Below are positions 46,929 through 55,904 of a stretch of 64,000 nt of DNA, one piece after another; within the stretch, counting starts at the first letter, position 1; each line of letters starts with the position of its first letter. Under the pieces are notes generated by a model that was not told where the DNA came from, did not search any database, and worked only from the letters and a program-made list of their open reading frames with translations. The DNA is from Spirochaetota bacterium (lineage in GTDB: Bacteria > Spirochaetota > Spirochaetia > Treponematales > UBA12059): NCBI GenBank assembly GCA_018262985.1, contig JADFDI010000009.1, positions 11,947-75,946 on the forward strand. Direction: 5' to 3'. A program made the position numbers and the translations under genes.

Positions 46929-48053
46929 ATGGCCGGCGTCGAAGGTCCCGAACACAATCCCGATCCGCAGGACTCCTTCGTGCCGGGTCTGCCGGGCTTC
47001 GGCGAGTACTTCCTGGCCACCCAGACGCCGGTCTGGATCGAGGACTTCTCGGGCGTGGCCCAGCGCCTGCGCGAGCTGGGCCTCTCGGGCGCGGCGCTCG
47101 AAGCCCACCTACGCGCCAGTCCGGGCGAGGTGCGCTACCTGGCTTCGAAGGTCCGCGTCCTCGACGCCAACCAGGCGGCCGCCGAGCTGATCGAGGCGGA
47201 AAGCCGCCGGCAACTGATCGGGAACATCGCGGTCGGCTTCGACGACGGATCCTACGCCAACTTCCTGGAGGAGATCCTCTCGATCGCCTCGGGCGCGCGT
47301 CGCTTTTCGGTGGATTTCCGCGCCAGGTCCATCAAGGGCCGCGCCTTGAGGCTCCGCATGGAGTGGACGGCGGCGCCGGGCCACGAGGAGGACCTGGCCC
47401 TGGTCTTCGTCACCTCGGTGGACCTGAGCGCCCTCATGGAGCGGGACGACCAGCTCCGCGTCGCGCTCGAGCGGCAGGAGGCCCTGCTCCGCGAGCTCCA
47501 GCACCGGGTGCGCAACACCCTTTCGCTCGTGATCTCCATCCTGCGCTGGCAGCGGGACGCGGACCCTTCGGGAGAGGCCGTGCTCGGCTCGGCGCTCAGG
47601 CGCGTCGAGACCCTGGCGACGGTCCAGCGCTCGCTCGGCCACGCGGAGGATTTCGCGCGGGTCTCGCTCCGCGATTGCGTGGAGGCCATCGTCGTGTCGG
47701 CGCGCGCCGCCCTGGGGTCGCGGGCTTCCATCGCGAGCGAGCTGCCGGAGCTCGCCCTGCCGGTGGAGACGGCGACGCCGCTCGCGCTCGCGGTGGGGGA
47801 GCTCGCGGACAACGCCCTCAGGCACGGCAGGGCAGGGGACGGGGAGGCGGAGCTGTCCGTCGCGGCGCGCCTGGACGACCTGTCCGCGCTCCGCGTCGAG
47901 GTGGGCGACCGCGGCCCCGGGATAGCCGCCGGGGCGGTGGAGGGCATCGGGCTCGGGCTCGTGCGGGTGCTGGCCCTGCAGCTGAAGGCCGAATTCCGGC
48001 TCGAGGACGCGGAGCCCGGCACGCGGGCGGTCCTGGTCGTTCCGCTGGCCTAG
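46929..48053 (+). CDS. HisKA_2/HWE-type sensor histidine kinase with PAS-like domain
   Basis: ELQHRVRN, ELADNALRH, DRGPG and GIGL motifs. Confidence 0.88.
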   Translation: MAGVEGPEHNPDPQDSFVPGLPGFGEYFLATQTPVWIEDFSGVAQRLRELGLSGAALEAHLRASPGEVRYLASKVRVLDANQAAAELIEAESRRQLIGNIAVGFDDGSYANFLEEILSIASGARRFSVDFRARSIKGRALRLRMEWTAAPGHEEDLALVFVTSVDLSALMERDDQLRVALERQEALLRELQHRVRNTLSLVISILRWQRDADPSGEAVLGSALRRVETLATVQRSLGHAEDFARVSLRDCVEAIVVSARAALGSRASIASELPELALPVETATPLALAVGELADNALRHGRAGDGEAELSVAARLDDLSALRVEVGDRGPGIAAGAVEGIGLGLVRVLALQLKAEFRLEDAEPGTRAVLVVPLA

Positions 48054-48751
48054 AGGCTGCGCCGGGGCCGGTTCCCCCGGTCGTCCCCGGCCGCGCGTCC
48101 GGCACCCGGGAAGCGCAATACCGCGAGGTCGGGCGGCTCGAGCAGGTCGAGCCGGGCGCCGAGGCGTCGGGCGAGGGCCTCGAAGGCGGGCGGGCCGAAG
48201 AAGCCGACATGCGTCGGATCCTCCTTGTACCACCAGCGCCCGAAATCCTCAGGGCGCTCCGGCGGGAAGCGCGTGCGGACGGCGATGGCCCCGCCGCCCT
48301 CGAGCTTGCGCGCGAGCGTCGCGAGCAGGCGATACGGGTAGGGGACGTGCTCGAGCACCTCGTGGACGGCTATCAGGGCGAAGGGGCCGGCCAGGGAGCG
48401 CCGGTCCGGAGCGAAAAGCGGGTCCCACGCCTCGGCGCGGTAGCCGCGCTCGCGGAGCAGCCGGGCGAGCGCGGGCGTAGGTCCCGAGCCGAAATCGAGG
48501 ACGCGCCCGGGCGGCGGGGCGAAGGGCGCGAGCGCGCGGTCGATGAAGGTCTCGAGGAAGGCCCGGTAGCCCGGATCGGCGGGATCGTTGCGGTGGAGGC
48601 GGTAGCGGGCCTCGGCGGCCTCCGGGCCCGGCACGGCGGACGGCTCGACCCGGACATGGCCGCAGCGCGGGCAGCGGAACCAGGACGCGCCCCGTGCCCG
48701 GGTCCAGGGCGGGGCGGAGGGGAAGGGGGCGGCGCAGGCGCGGCATCGCAT
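48050..48751 (-). CDS. Class I SAM methyltransferase with N-terminal Zn ribbon
   Basis: CRAC/CPRC, LDFGSG, EVLEH and WWYKEDPTHV motifs. Confidence 0.85.
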   Translation of the reverse strand: MRCRACAAPFPSAPPWTRARGASWFRCPRCGHVRVEPSAVPGPEAAEARYRLHRNDPADPGYRAFLETFIDRALAPFAPPPGRVLDFGSGPTPALARLLRERGYRAEAWDPLFAPDRRSLAGPFALIAVHEVLEHVPYPYRLLATLARKLEGGGAIAVRTRFPPERPEDFGRWWYKEDPTHVGFFGPPAFEALARRLGARLDLLEPPDLAVLRFPGAGRAAGDDRGNRPRRSL

Positions 48752-48903
48752 GGCGCCATGCTAGCCCGGACCCCGCGCGGGGGCCAAGGGCGGACGCGCT
48801 CGCAGGCCCCGCGCGCCTCGGGGCGCCTCCCGCTTGACGCGGGTCCGTCCGCGCGCCATTTTCATGGACGGAACGCGCGGCGCCGCGCGCTTCCGGAGGC
48901 ACG

Positions 48904-50031
48904 ATGAACGACCGGCTCAAGAACTTCAACGCGGGCAGGGCGAACTTCTTCCTGGTCGGCTTCATGGCCCTGGTCGTGCTCATGGCCGTGGCCAAGATCA
49001 CCGCCGCGGTCCTGATCCCCCTCGTCATCGCCCTCCTGCTCGCCTTCGTGCTCGAACCGCTCGTGCTCTTCATCGAACGGCTCCGGATACCGCGGCTGCT
49101 GGCCATCCTCGCGGTGTTCATCCTGCTCGGGGGCGGCATCTACGTCATCGGCGCCATCGTGTTCACGGGCGGGCGGACCATCCTGGGCCTCTACCCGAAA
49201 TACGAGGCGCGCTTCTCGGAAATCTACGAACGGGTGGCCGAGGTCCTGAGCCTGCCCTACGACGAGCAACTCTCGGTCTTCGGCAACCTCTGGGGCCAGC
49301 TCGGCGTGCGATCGAAGGTCCAGTCGCTCGCGCTCTCGCTTTCCGAAGGCTCCATCGGCTTCCTCTCCGACGCCTTGATCGTGCTCATCATGACGACCTT
49401 CCTCCTCCTCGAGCTCGGCCATTTCCGGAGCAAGATCGCCATCGCCTTCGAGCACCGCCTCTCGGACCGCATCAGGGTCATCGCGACCGACGTGGTGGCC
49501 CAGGTCAGCCGCTACCTGAGCGCCAAGTTCTTCATCTCGCTCGCCACCGGCGTCCTGGTCACCATCGGGCTCGAACTCGTGGGGCTCGATTTCGCGATCG
49601 TGTGGGGCGTCATCTCCTTCGTGCTCAACTTCATCCCGAATTTCGGCAGCATCGGCGCGGGGCTCGGGGCGGGCGTCTTCGCCCTGGTCCAGTTCTGGCC
49701 CGAACCAGGTCCCATCATCGGCGTGGGCGTCGTGATGCTCGGGGTCAACCAGGTCATCGGGAACTTCCTCGAACCGAAGATCATGGGCGACAACCTGGGG
49801 CTCTCGCCCTTCGTCATCGTGGTCTCGCTGATCGCGTGGGGCTGGCTCTGGGGCTTCGCCGGGCTCGTGCTCGCGGTGCCGATGACGGTCATAGTGAAGA
49901 TCGTGTGCGAGAACGTTCCCATTCTCGAGCCCGCCTCCATCCTGATCGGTTCGTGGAAATCGGCCCGGAAGCGGCGGAACGGCGAGGAGCCGGCCGGTCC
50001 CGCCGCGGAGCCCGACGCGCCTCGCCCTTGA
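48904..50031 (+). CDS. AI-2E family transporter
   Basis: LNFIPNFGS, LEPKIMG..LGLSP and GLVLAVP motifs. Confidence 0.9.
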   Translation: MNDRLKNFNAGRANFFLVGFMALVVLMAVAKITAAVLIPLVIALLLAFVLEPLVLFIERLRIPRLLAILAVFILLGGGIYVIGAIVFTGGRTILGLYPKYEARFSEIYERVAEVLSLPYDEQLSVFGNLWGQLGVRSKVQSLALSLSEGSIGFLSDALIVLIMTTFLLLELGHFRSKIAIAFEHRLSDRIRVIATDVVAQVSRYLSAKFFISLATGVLVTIGLELVGLDFAIVWGVISFVLNFIPNFGSIGAGLGAGVFALVQFWPEPGPIIGVGVVMLGVNQVIGNFLEPKIMGDNLGLSPFVIVVSLIAWGWLWGFAGLVLAVPMTVIVKIVCENVPILEPASILIGSWKSARKRRNGEEPAGPAAEPDAPRP

Positions 50032-50145
50032 CTCCGGGGGCGCCCGTCGCTAGATTGACACCGCGCCTGGATCCGTCGCGACCGGGACGCGGGAGTTTCG
50101 CATGACCAGACCCGAGGCTCCCCTTCCGCGCGGAAGGGCGGGGCC
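50028..50145 (+). promoter_or_regulatory. Promoter and structured leader of the pantothenate ECF-coaX operon (pan-motif candidate)
   Basis: TTGACT-17-TAGATT; two hairpins each containing GACC-R-G; a third hairpin occludes GGAAGGG. Confidence 0.5.
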
Positions 50146-51954
50146 ATGCCGTTCGTAGACGTCCGCGGGCTTTTCCACCGCTACCCGGGTTCTCCCGTCC
50201 ATTCCCTCTCCGACGTATCCTTTCAGGTCGAGCCGGGCGAGTACCTCGCCGTCCTCGGCGCCAACGGCTCCGGAAAGAGCACGCTCGTGCGCTGCCTCGA
50301 CGGCCTCGCGGAGATCGAAAGCGGCTCGGCGCGGGTCGGCGGGCTCGACCCGATGAACGCCGACGAGCTCGCGGAGTTGCGCGCGCGGACGGGCCTGGTG
50401 TTCCAGTCGCCCGCCGACCAGCTGGTGGCCTCGGTGGTCGAGGAGGACTGCGCCTTCGGCCCCGAGAACCTCGGGCTGCCTCGCGAAGAGATCGCTCGGC
50501 GGGTGGCGTCGGCGCTCGAGGCGGCCGGGCTTTCCGCCGAACGCTCGAGGCCCGCCTGGGCCCTGTCGGCCGGCCAGCAGCAGCGCCTCGCCGTCGCCGG
50601 CGCGCTCGCCCTCGAGCCGGAGCTGCTGCTCCTCGACGAAGCCACCGCCATGATCGACCCGCCCGGACGCACGGGCTTCCTCGACCTGATCGAGCGCCTC
50701 AACTCAGGCGGCACCACCGTCATCCACGTCACCCATTCGATGGAGGAAGCCCTCCGCGCGCGCCGCGTCCTCGTGCTGAGCGGCGGACGCCTCTCGTTCG
50801 ACGGAGCGCCCGCGGAGCTGTTCGAGCGCCCCGAACTGGAAGCGTGGTCGCTCTCGCGGCCCGCCTCGCTCGAAGCCGCGCGCCGCGTGCGCGTCGCGTT
50901 CCCTGATTTCCGGCCGGCAGGAAGCGCGCCCGCGGATTTCCGAGACGAACTCGCGCGCCTCGCCCGGATTTTCGGAGCCGCTCCGGCGGTACCGCGCGCG
51001 GGTCCGTCGAATCCGTCGAATCCGTCGATTCCGTCGGACGCCGCTCCCGTCGACCCGCCGCGCGACGACGACGCGCTCGTCCTCGACAAGGTCGTCCACG
51101 AGTACCTGGGCGGCACCGAGCTTGCGAAGCTCGCGCTCGACGGCGCTTCGCTCCGCGCCGGGAAGGGCGAACTGGTCGCGCTGGTCGGCGCCACGGGCTC
51201 CGGCAAGAGCTCCGCGCTCCAGCACGGCAACGCCCTGCTCGCGCCGTCATCCGGTTCGGTGCGCGTCCTGGGCCTCGACCCGGCGGCCAAGGGCGCCGAC
51301 CTCAAAGCCCTGCGGTCGCGCGCGGCCCTGGCCGTGCAACGCCCCGAGACCGCGCTCTTCGAGACCTGCGTCGGCGACGACGTGGCCTTCGGTCCCCGCA
51401 ACCACGGACTGAGGGGGAAGCCGCTCGTGGAGCGGGTCCGCTCGGCCATGGAGCGCGTGAAGCTCCCGTACGCGGAGTTCCGCGACCGCCCGGTCCGCGC
51501 GCTCTCGGGCGGCGAAAAGCGCCGCGCCGCAATGGCGGGGGTACTGGCCCTGGAACCCGAGCTCCTGCTGCTCGACGAACCCTGCGCCGGGCTCGATCCA
51601 GGCGGCCGGGAATCGGCGCTGGCGCTGCAGGCCGCGCTCAAGGCGGACGGCCGGACGGTGGCGGTATCGACCCACTCGATGGAGGACGCGACGCGGGCGG
51701 ATCGGGTCTATGTGCTGGAGAAGGGAAGGGTGGTCGCCGAGGGAAGCCCCGCGGAGGTCTTCCTCGGGACGGAGCCGCCGCCCGGGCTCGAACGACCCTG
51801 GGCCGCGGAAGCGTCCGTACTCCTCTGGCGCGCCGGGCTGACGTCCGCCCCCGGCGCCCTCGACGCCGCGGCGCTGGCCGACGAGGCGCTCGCCGTCCTC
51901 GGCGCGCCGCGCCCGGGCGGCGTCCCGCGCGCGGCGGCGGAAGGCTCGCCGTGA
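50146..51954 (+). CDS. ECF transporter fused A1-A2 ATPase
   Basis: Two ABC domains (GANGSGKS/LSAGQ; GATGSGKS/LSGGE). Confidence 0.92.
   Translation: MPFVDVRGLFHRYPGSPVHSLSDVSFQVEPGEYLAVLGANGSGKSTLVRCLDGLAEIESGSARVGGLDPMNADELAELRARTGLVFQSPADQLVASVVEEDCAFGPENLGLPREEIARRVASALEAAGLSAERSRPAWALSAGQQQRLAVAGALALEPELLLLDEATAMIDPPGRTGFLDLIERLNSGGTTVIHVTHSMEEALRARRVLVLSGGRLSFDGAPAELFERPELEAWSLSRPASLEAARRVRVAFPDFRPAGSAPADFRDELARLARIFGAAPAVPRAGPSNPSNPSIPSDAAPVDPPRDDDALVLDKVVHEYLGGTELAKLALDGASLRAGKGELVALVGATGSGKSSALQHGNALLAPSSGSVRVLGLDPAAKGADLKALRSRAALAVQRPETALFETCVGDDVAFGPRNHGLRGKPLVERVRSAMERVKLPYAEFRDRPVRALSGGEKRRAAMAGVLALEPELLLLDEPCAGLDPGGRESALALQAALKADGRTVAVSTHSMEDATRADRVYVLEKGRVVAEGSPAEVFLGTEPPPGLERPWAAEASVLLWRAGLTSAPGALDAAALADEALAVLGAPRPGGVPRAAAEGSP
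51003..51036 (+). repeat. In-frame 9-bp microrepeat in the ATPase linker
   Basis: TCCGTCGAA-like unit, about 4 copies, encoding PSNPSNPSIPS. Confidence 0.7.
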
Positions 51955-52799
51955 AGGACCTCGAATTCTTCCGCAACGCCACGCTCGGGCAATACGTCGA
52001 CTCCCCTTCGCGCGTGCACGCCTTCGCGCCGCTCACCAAGTACCTCGGCCTCCTCGCGCTGGCGGCGCCGGCCCTCGCGTCGCGCACCACCTACGCGGCC
52101 CTGGCCGTCATGGCGCTCGGCCTCCTCGTCGCGCTGGCGGCCGGGGTGCGGCCGGCCTTCCTGCTCCGCGGCCTCAAGCCCGCGCTGCCGGCCCTGGCCC
52201 TCATCATGGCGCTGCAGATCCTGCTCTCCTGGCCCGGCGACGCGAGCGCCGCGCTGCTCCGCCTCGGCCCGATCGACGTGACCGTGGCCGAGCTCGCGAA
52301 CTCCGCGCGCATCGCGGCGCGGCTCGCGGCGCTCATGGTGACCCTCGGGCTCTTCACCGCCACGGCTTCCGAGAGCCAGATCGTGCACGGCATCGAGGAC
52401 ATCCTGGCGCCGCTCTCGCGGCTCGGCATCCCCGCGCACCGGCTCGCGCTCGTGGTCGGCATCGCGTTCCGCTTCATCCCCATCCTGGCGGGCGAGGCGG
52501 AGCTCATCGTCAAGGCCCAGGCTTCGCGCGGGGCCGACTTCGGCTCCGGCACGCGCAACCCGTTCCGGCGCGTGAAGGCCTGGCTGCCCGTGCTGGTGCC
52601 GCTCATGCTGCGCGCCCTCGAGCGCTCGGAGTCGCTGGTCGAGGCCATGGAGGCGCGCGGCTATTCAGGCGGCCTCCGCTCGCGCCTCGCGTCCTATCCG
52701 GCCGGGCGGGGCGAAAAGGCGCTCCGCATCGCCCTCGTCCTGTTCGGCTCGCTTTCGGTTTTCCTGGCCTCGAGGGCGCCTTCGCCCTGGGGGACCTGA
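51951..52799 (+). CDS. ecfT: ECF transmembrane component
   Basis: AQASRG and AMEARGY motifs. Confidence 0.92.
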   Translation: MKDLEFFRNATLGQYVDSPSRVHAFAPLTKYLGLLALAAPALASRTTYAALAVMALGLLVALAAGVRPAFLLRGLKPALPALALIMALQILLSWPGDASAALLRLGPIDVTVAELANSARIAARLAALMVTLGLFTATASESQIVHGIEDILAPLSRLGIPAHRLALVVGIAFRFIPILAGEAELIVKAQASRGADFGSGTRNPFRRVKAWLPVLVPLMLRALERSESLVEAMEARGYSGGLRSRLASYPAGRGEKALRIALVLFGSLSVFLASRAPSPWGT

Positions 52800-52833
52800 C
52801 GCCCGTCGTTCATCATCCGAAGGAGGATCAGCC

Positions 52834-53409
52834 ATGAAGAAATCCGTCGTCCGCAAGATCGTCGTGGCGGGAGTGCTCTCCGCCGTCGCCGCCTTCCTCG
52901 GCCTGACCCGGCTCGGCTACATCCCGTGGTTCTCCGGCGCCTCGCTGACGGTCATGCACGTGCCGGCCATCGTCGGCGCGGTGCTCGAAGGCCCCGTCGT
53001 CGGCGCCGTCATCGGCCTGGTGTTCGGCCTCACGAGCCTCCTCCAGGCGGCCATCGCGCCGACGGGGCCGCTCGACCCGGCCTTCGTCAACCCGCTCATC
53101 TCGGTGCTGCCCCGCCTCCTCGTGGGCCCCGCGGCCTTCCTCGCCTACGCCGCCTTCCGCGGCAAGCTGGAGATCCCCGCGCTCGGGCTTTCCGGCATCG
53201 TCGGCAGCCTCGTCAACACCATGCTGGTGGTCGGCGCCCTCGCGCTCTTCGGCTTCCTGACCTGGGACCTCTTCTGGCCGATCGTCACCGCCAACGGGCT
53301 CCCCGAGGCCGGCGCGGCGGCCATCGTCAACGTGGCCGTGGTGGCCGCCTGGAAGGGCGTCGCGCGCCGGGGCGGCAAGGCCTCCATCGCCGCCGAAGAG
53401 GACAGGTAG
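52834..53409 (+). CDS. panT: ECF S component, PanT-like (pantothenate)
   Basis: MHVPAIVGAVLEGP, NPLISVLPR and NGLPEA motifs; adjacent to coaX. Confidence 0.82.
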   Translation: MKKSVVRKIVVAGVLSAVAAFLGLTRLGYIPWFSGASLTVMHVPAIVGAVLEGPVVGAVIGLVFGLTSLLQAAIAPTGPLDPAFVNPLISVLPRLLVGPAAFLAYAAFRGKLEIPALGLSGIVGSLVNTMLVVGALALFGFLTWDLFWPIVTANGLPEAGAAAIVNVAVVAAWKGVARRGGKASIAAEEDR

Positions 53410-53411
53410 CC

Positions 53412-54251
53412 GTGCTCCTCGCCCTCGACGCCCGGAACGCCTCGGTCGCGGTCGGGGCGTCGGCTTCCGGTCCCGGCCCCGATCCGGGCCACGCGCGCTT
53501 CCGGATCGGCGCGGTTCCCTCGCGGAGCGCGGACGAGTGGGCCTACGCCCTCGGCTCGATGCTCCGCGCCGAGGGAATCGAGCCGTCCCGCGTCGAGCGC
53601 GTCGTCCTCTCGTGCGTGGTGCCGAGCCTCGCGCCCAGGCTCCGCGAGGCCTGCGCCAAGGCTTTCGGCCTCGAGCCGCTCGTCGTAGGGCCCGGCGTGC
53701 GCAACGGGCTCAAGATCCGCACCGACTCGCCCTCCGAGCTCGGCTCGGACCTGGTCTGCGACGCCGTGGCCGCGCGCGAGCTCCTGGCCGAGCGCGGCCT
53801 CGCGGGGCGGCCCTGCGTCGTCGTCGACTTCGGTTCCGCCATCGCCTTCTCGGCCCTGTCGGCCTCGGGCGAGTACCTGGGCGCCTCGATAGCGCCGGGA
53901 CCGGAGCTGGCCGCGCTCGCGCTCAGCCGCGGCGCCGCCCTCCTGCCCGAGGCCCGCTTCGAGGCGCCGGAGCGCGCCATCGGCCGCAACACGGCGCAGG
54001 CCCTGCAGTCGGGCCTGGCGCTCGGCTTCGCGGGCCTCGTGGACCGCGTCGTGGAGCGCATGGCCTCCGAGCTCGGGGAGGACTGCCTGGCGCTGGGTTC
54101 CGGAGAGGAGTACGGCCGCCTGCTCGAGCCGGAGCGGGGCTTCCTCGATTTCGTGCCGGACCTGGCGCTCGACGGCCTCCGCGCCATCGCGGCGCTCAAC
54201 CCGGCGGAACCCGTCGTAAGGGGAGGCCCGGGCGAATCCCGCCGCGCCTGA
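53412..54251 (+). CDS. coaX: Type III pantothenate kinase (divergent motifs)
   Basis: SCVVP, ELGSDL, VVDFGSA, IAPG and IGRNT..ALQSG motifs. Confidence 0.82.
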   Translation: MLLALDARNASVAVGASASGPGPDPGHARFRIGAVPSRSADEWAYALGSMLRAEGIEPSRVERVVLSCVVPSLAPRLREACAKAFGLEPLVVGPGVRNGLKIRTDSPSELGSDLVCDAVAARELLAERGLAGRPCVVVDFGSAIAFSALSASGEYLGASIAPGPELAALALSRGAALLPEARFEAPERAIGRNTAQALQSGLALGFAGLVDRVVERMASELGEDCLALGSGEEYGRLLEPERGFLDFVPDLALDGLRAIAALNPAEPVVRGGPGESRRA

Positions 54252-54357
54252 GCGCGGCCCCCCCGTTCCGCCCGCCTTCGAGCGCCGCGGCGCTTGCCCG
54301 GCTCCCCCCGCCCGGCCTAGAATCGACCGCAAGCAATCCGGACGGAGGGTCCAATAA

Positions 54358-55488
54358 ATGGAAGAACTCTTCATCGGCTTCACGTCGGTGACCTGGCAGC
54401 ACCTGGTCATGTACCTGGTGGGCGTCGCGCTCATCGTCCTGGCCATCGTCAAGCAGTACGAGCCGATGCTGCTCCTGCCCATCGGCTTCGGCGCCATCCT
54501 CGTCAACCTGCCCCTCGAGACCGTGTGGGAGCACGCGGGCGCCCCCGGCTTCCTCAAGGTCCTCTACGAGGCCGGCATCGCGACCGAGCTCTTCCCGCTG
54601 CTCATCTTCGTCGCGGTGGGGGCCATGATCGACTTCGGGCCGCTGTTCAAGAACCCCTACATGATCTTCTTCGGCGCCGCCGCGCAGTTCGGCATCTTCG
54701 CCACCATGATAGTGGCGACCCTGGTCGGCTTCGACCTCCGCGAGGCCGCGAGCATCGGCATCATCGGCGCGGCCGACGGCCCCACGAGCATCTTCGTCGC
54801 CAACGTCTTCGCGCCGAAGTTGCTCGGCCCCATATCGGTGGCGGCCTACTCGTACATGTCGCTCGTGCCCCTCATCCAGCCGCCGGTCATCAAGGCGTTG
54901 ACCACCAAGGCCGAGCGCCGCATCCACATGGCCTACCACGAATCCGCCTCGCCGAAGTGGCTCAAGGTGATGTTCCCCATCGCCGTCACCATGATCGCGG
55001 GCTTCGTCGCCCCGATCTCCGTGCCCCTCATCGGCTCGCTCATGTTCGGCAACCTGATCCGCGAGTCCGGCGTCCTCGAGCGCCTCTCGCAGACGGCGCA
55101 GAACGAGCTCGCGTACCTGGTGACCCTGCTCCTCGGCATCACGATCGGCTCCAGCATGAAGGCGGCCGACTTCCTGACCTGGAAGACCCTGCTCATCATG
55201 GGCATGGGCCTCGTGGCCTTCGTCTTCGACACCGCGGGCGGCGTCCTCTTCGCCAAGGCCGTCAACCTCTTCCTGCCCAAGGGCCGCAAGGTCAACCCGA
55301 TGATTGGCGCCTGCGGCATCTCCGCCTTCCCCATGTCGGGCCGCATCGTCCAGAAGATGGCCAGCGACGAGGAGAAGGGCAACATCATCCTCATGCACGC
55401 CATCGGATCCAACGTCTCGGGCCAGCTCGGCTCGGTCATCGCGGGCGGCATGGTGCTGGCCCTGGTCCCGCTCGTCGCGGGCCTCTGA
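54358..55488 (+). CDS. oadB: Na+-translocating decarboxylase beta-subunit homologue
   Basis: YEPMLLLPIGFG, IGAADGPT, AAYSYMSLVP and NVSGQ motifs. Confidence 0.92.
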   Translation: MEELFIGFTSVTWQHLVMYLVGVALIVLAIVKQYEPMLLLPIGFGAILVNLPLETVWEHAGAPGFLKVLYEAGIATELFPLLIFVAVGAMIDFGPLFKNPYMIFFGAAAQFGIFATMIVATLVGFDLREAASIGIIGAADGPTSIFVANVFAPKLLGPISVAAYSYMSLVPLIQPPVIKALTTKAERRIHMAYHESASPKWLKVMFPIAVTMIAGFVAPISVPLIGSLMFGNLIRESGVLERLSQTAQNELAYLVTLLLGITIGSSMKAADFLTWKTLLIMGMGLVAFVFDTAGGVLFAKAVNLFLPKGRKVNPMIGACGISAFPMSGRIVQKMASDEEKGNIILMHAIGSNVSGQLGSVIAGGMVLALVPLVAGL

Positions 55489-55501
55489 CAGGAGCGATCG
55501 C

Positions 55502-55654
55502 ATGGAACGCTTTACGGAATGGCTCAAGTACGGCGACGACACGGTCAAGGCGCTCGGCGTCTCCGCGGGCGGCCTCGTCGGGGTCTTCGCCACGCTCGGC
55601 GTCTTCTTCCTCGTCATCTGGCTCTCGGACAAGGTCGGAAGCAAGGCGAAGTAG
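55502..55654 (+). CDS. OadG-like small single-TM subunit (50 aa)
   Basis: AGGAG RBS; GLVGVFATLGVFFLVI; directly after oadB. Confidence 0.75.
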   Translation: MERFTEWLKYGDDTVKALGVSAGGLVGVFATLGVFFLVIWLSDKVGSKAK

Positions 55655-55904
55655 GGGAAGGGGGAGGGGGAAAAAGGGCTTCGCCCGGCCGGCCGGCGGC
55701 AGCCTCCTCTCCCCTGCACCGGCGGGGCCGCCCCAGCTCTCCGCCGGGCAGGCGGCGCGCGCAGCCTTGCCGCCGCGGACCGTCGCCCGGCGCTCGGCCG
55801 CGGATAGCCGCGGATGGCCGGCCCGCGATTCCGCCCCGATTTGCGCCCCCTCCGGACCGGGCACTATACTTCCCGCATCATCGGCTCGGGGAGGTTGCCT
55901 GAAG

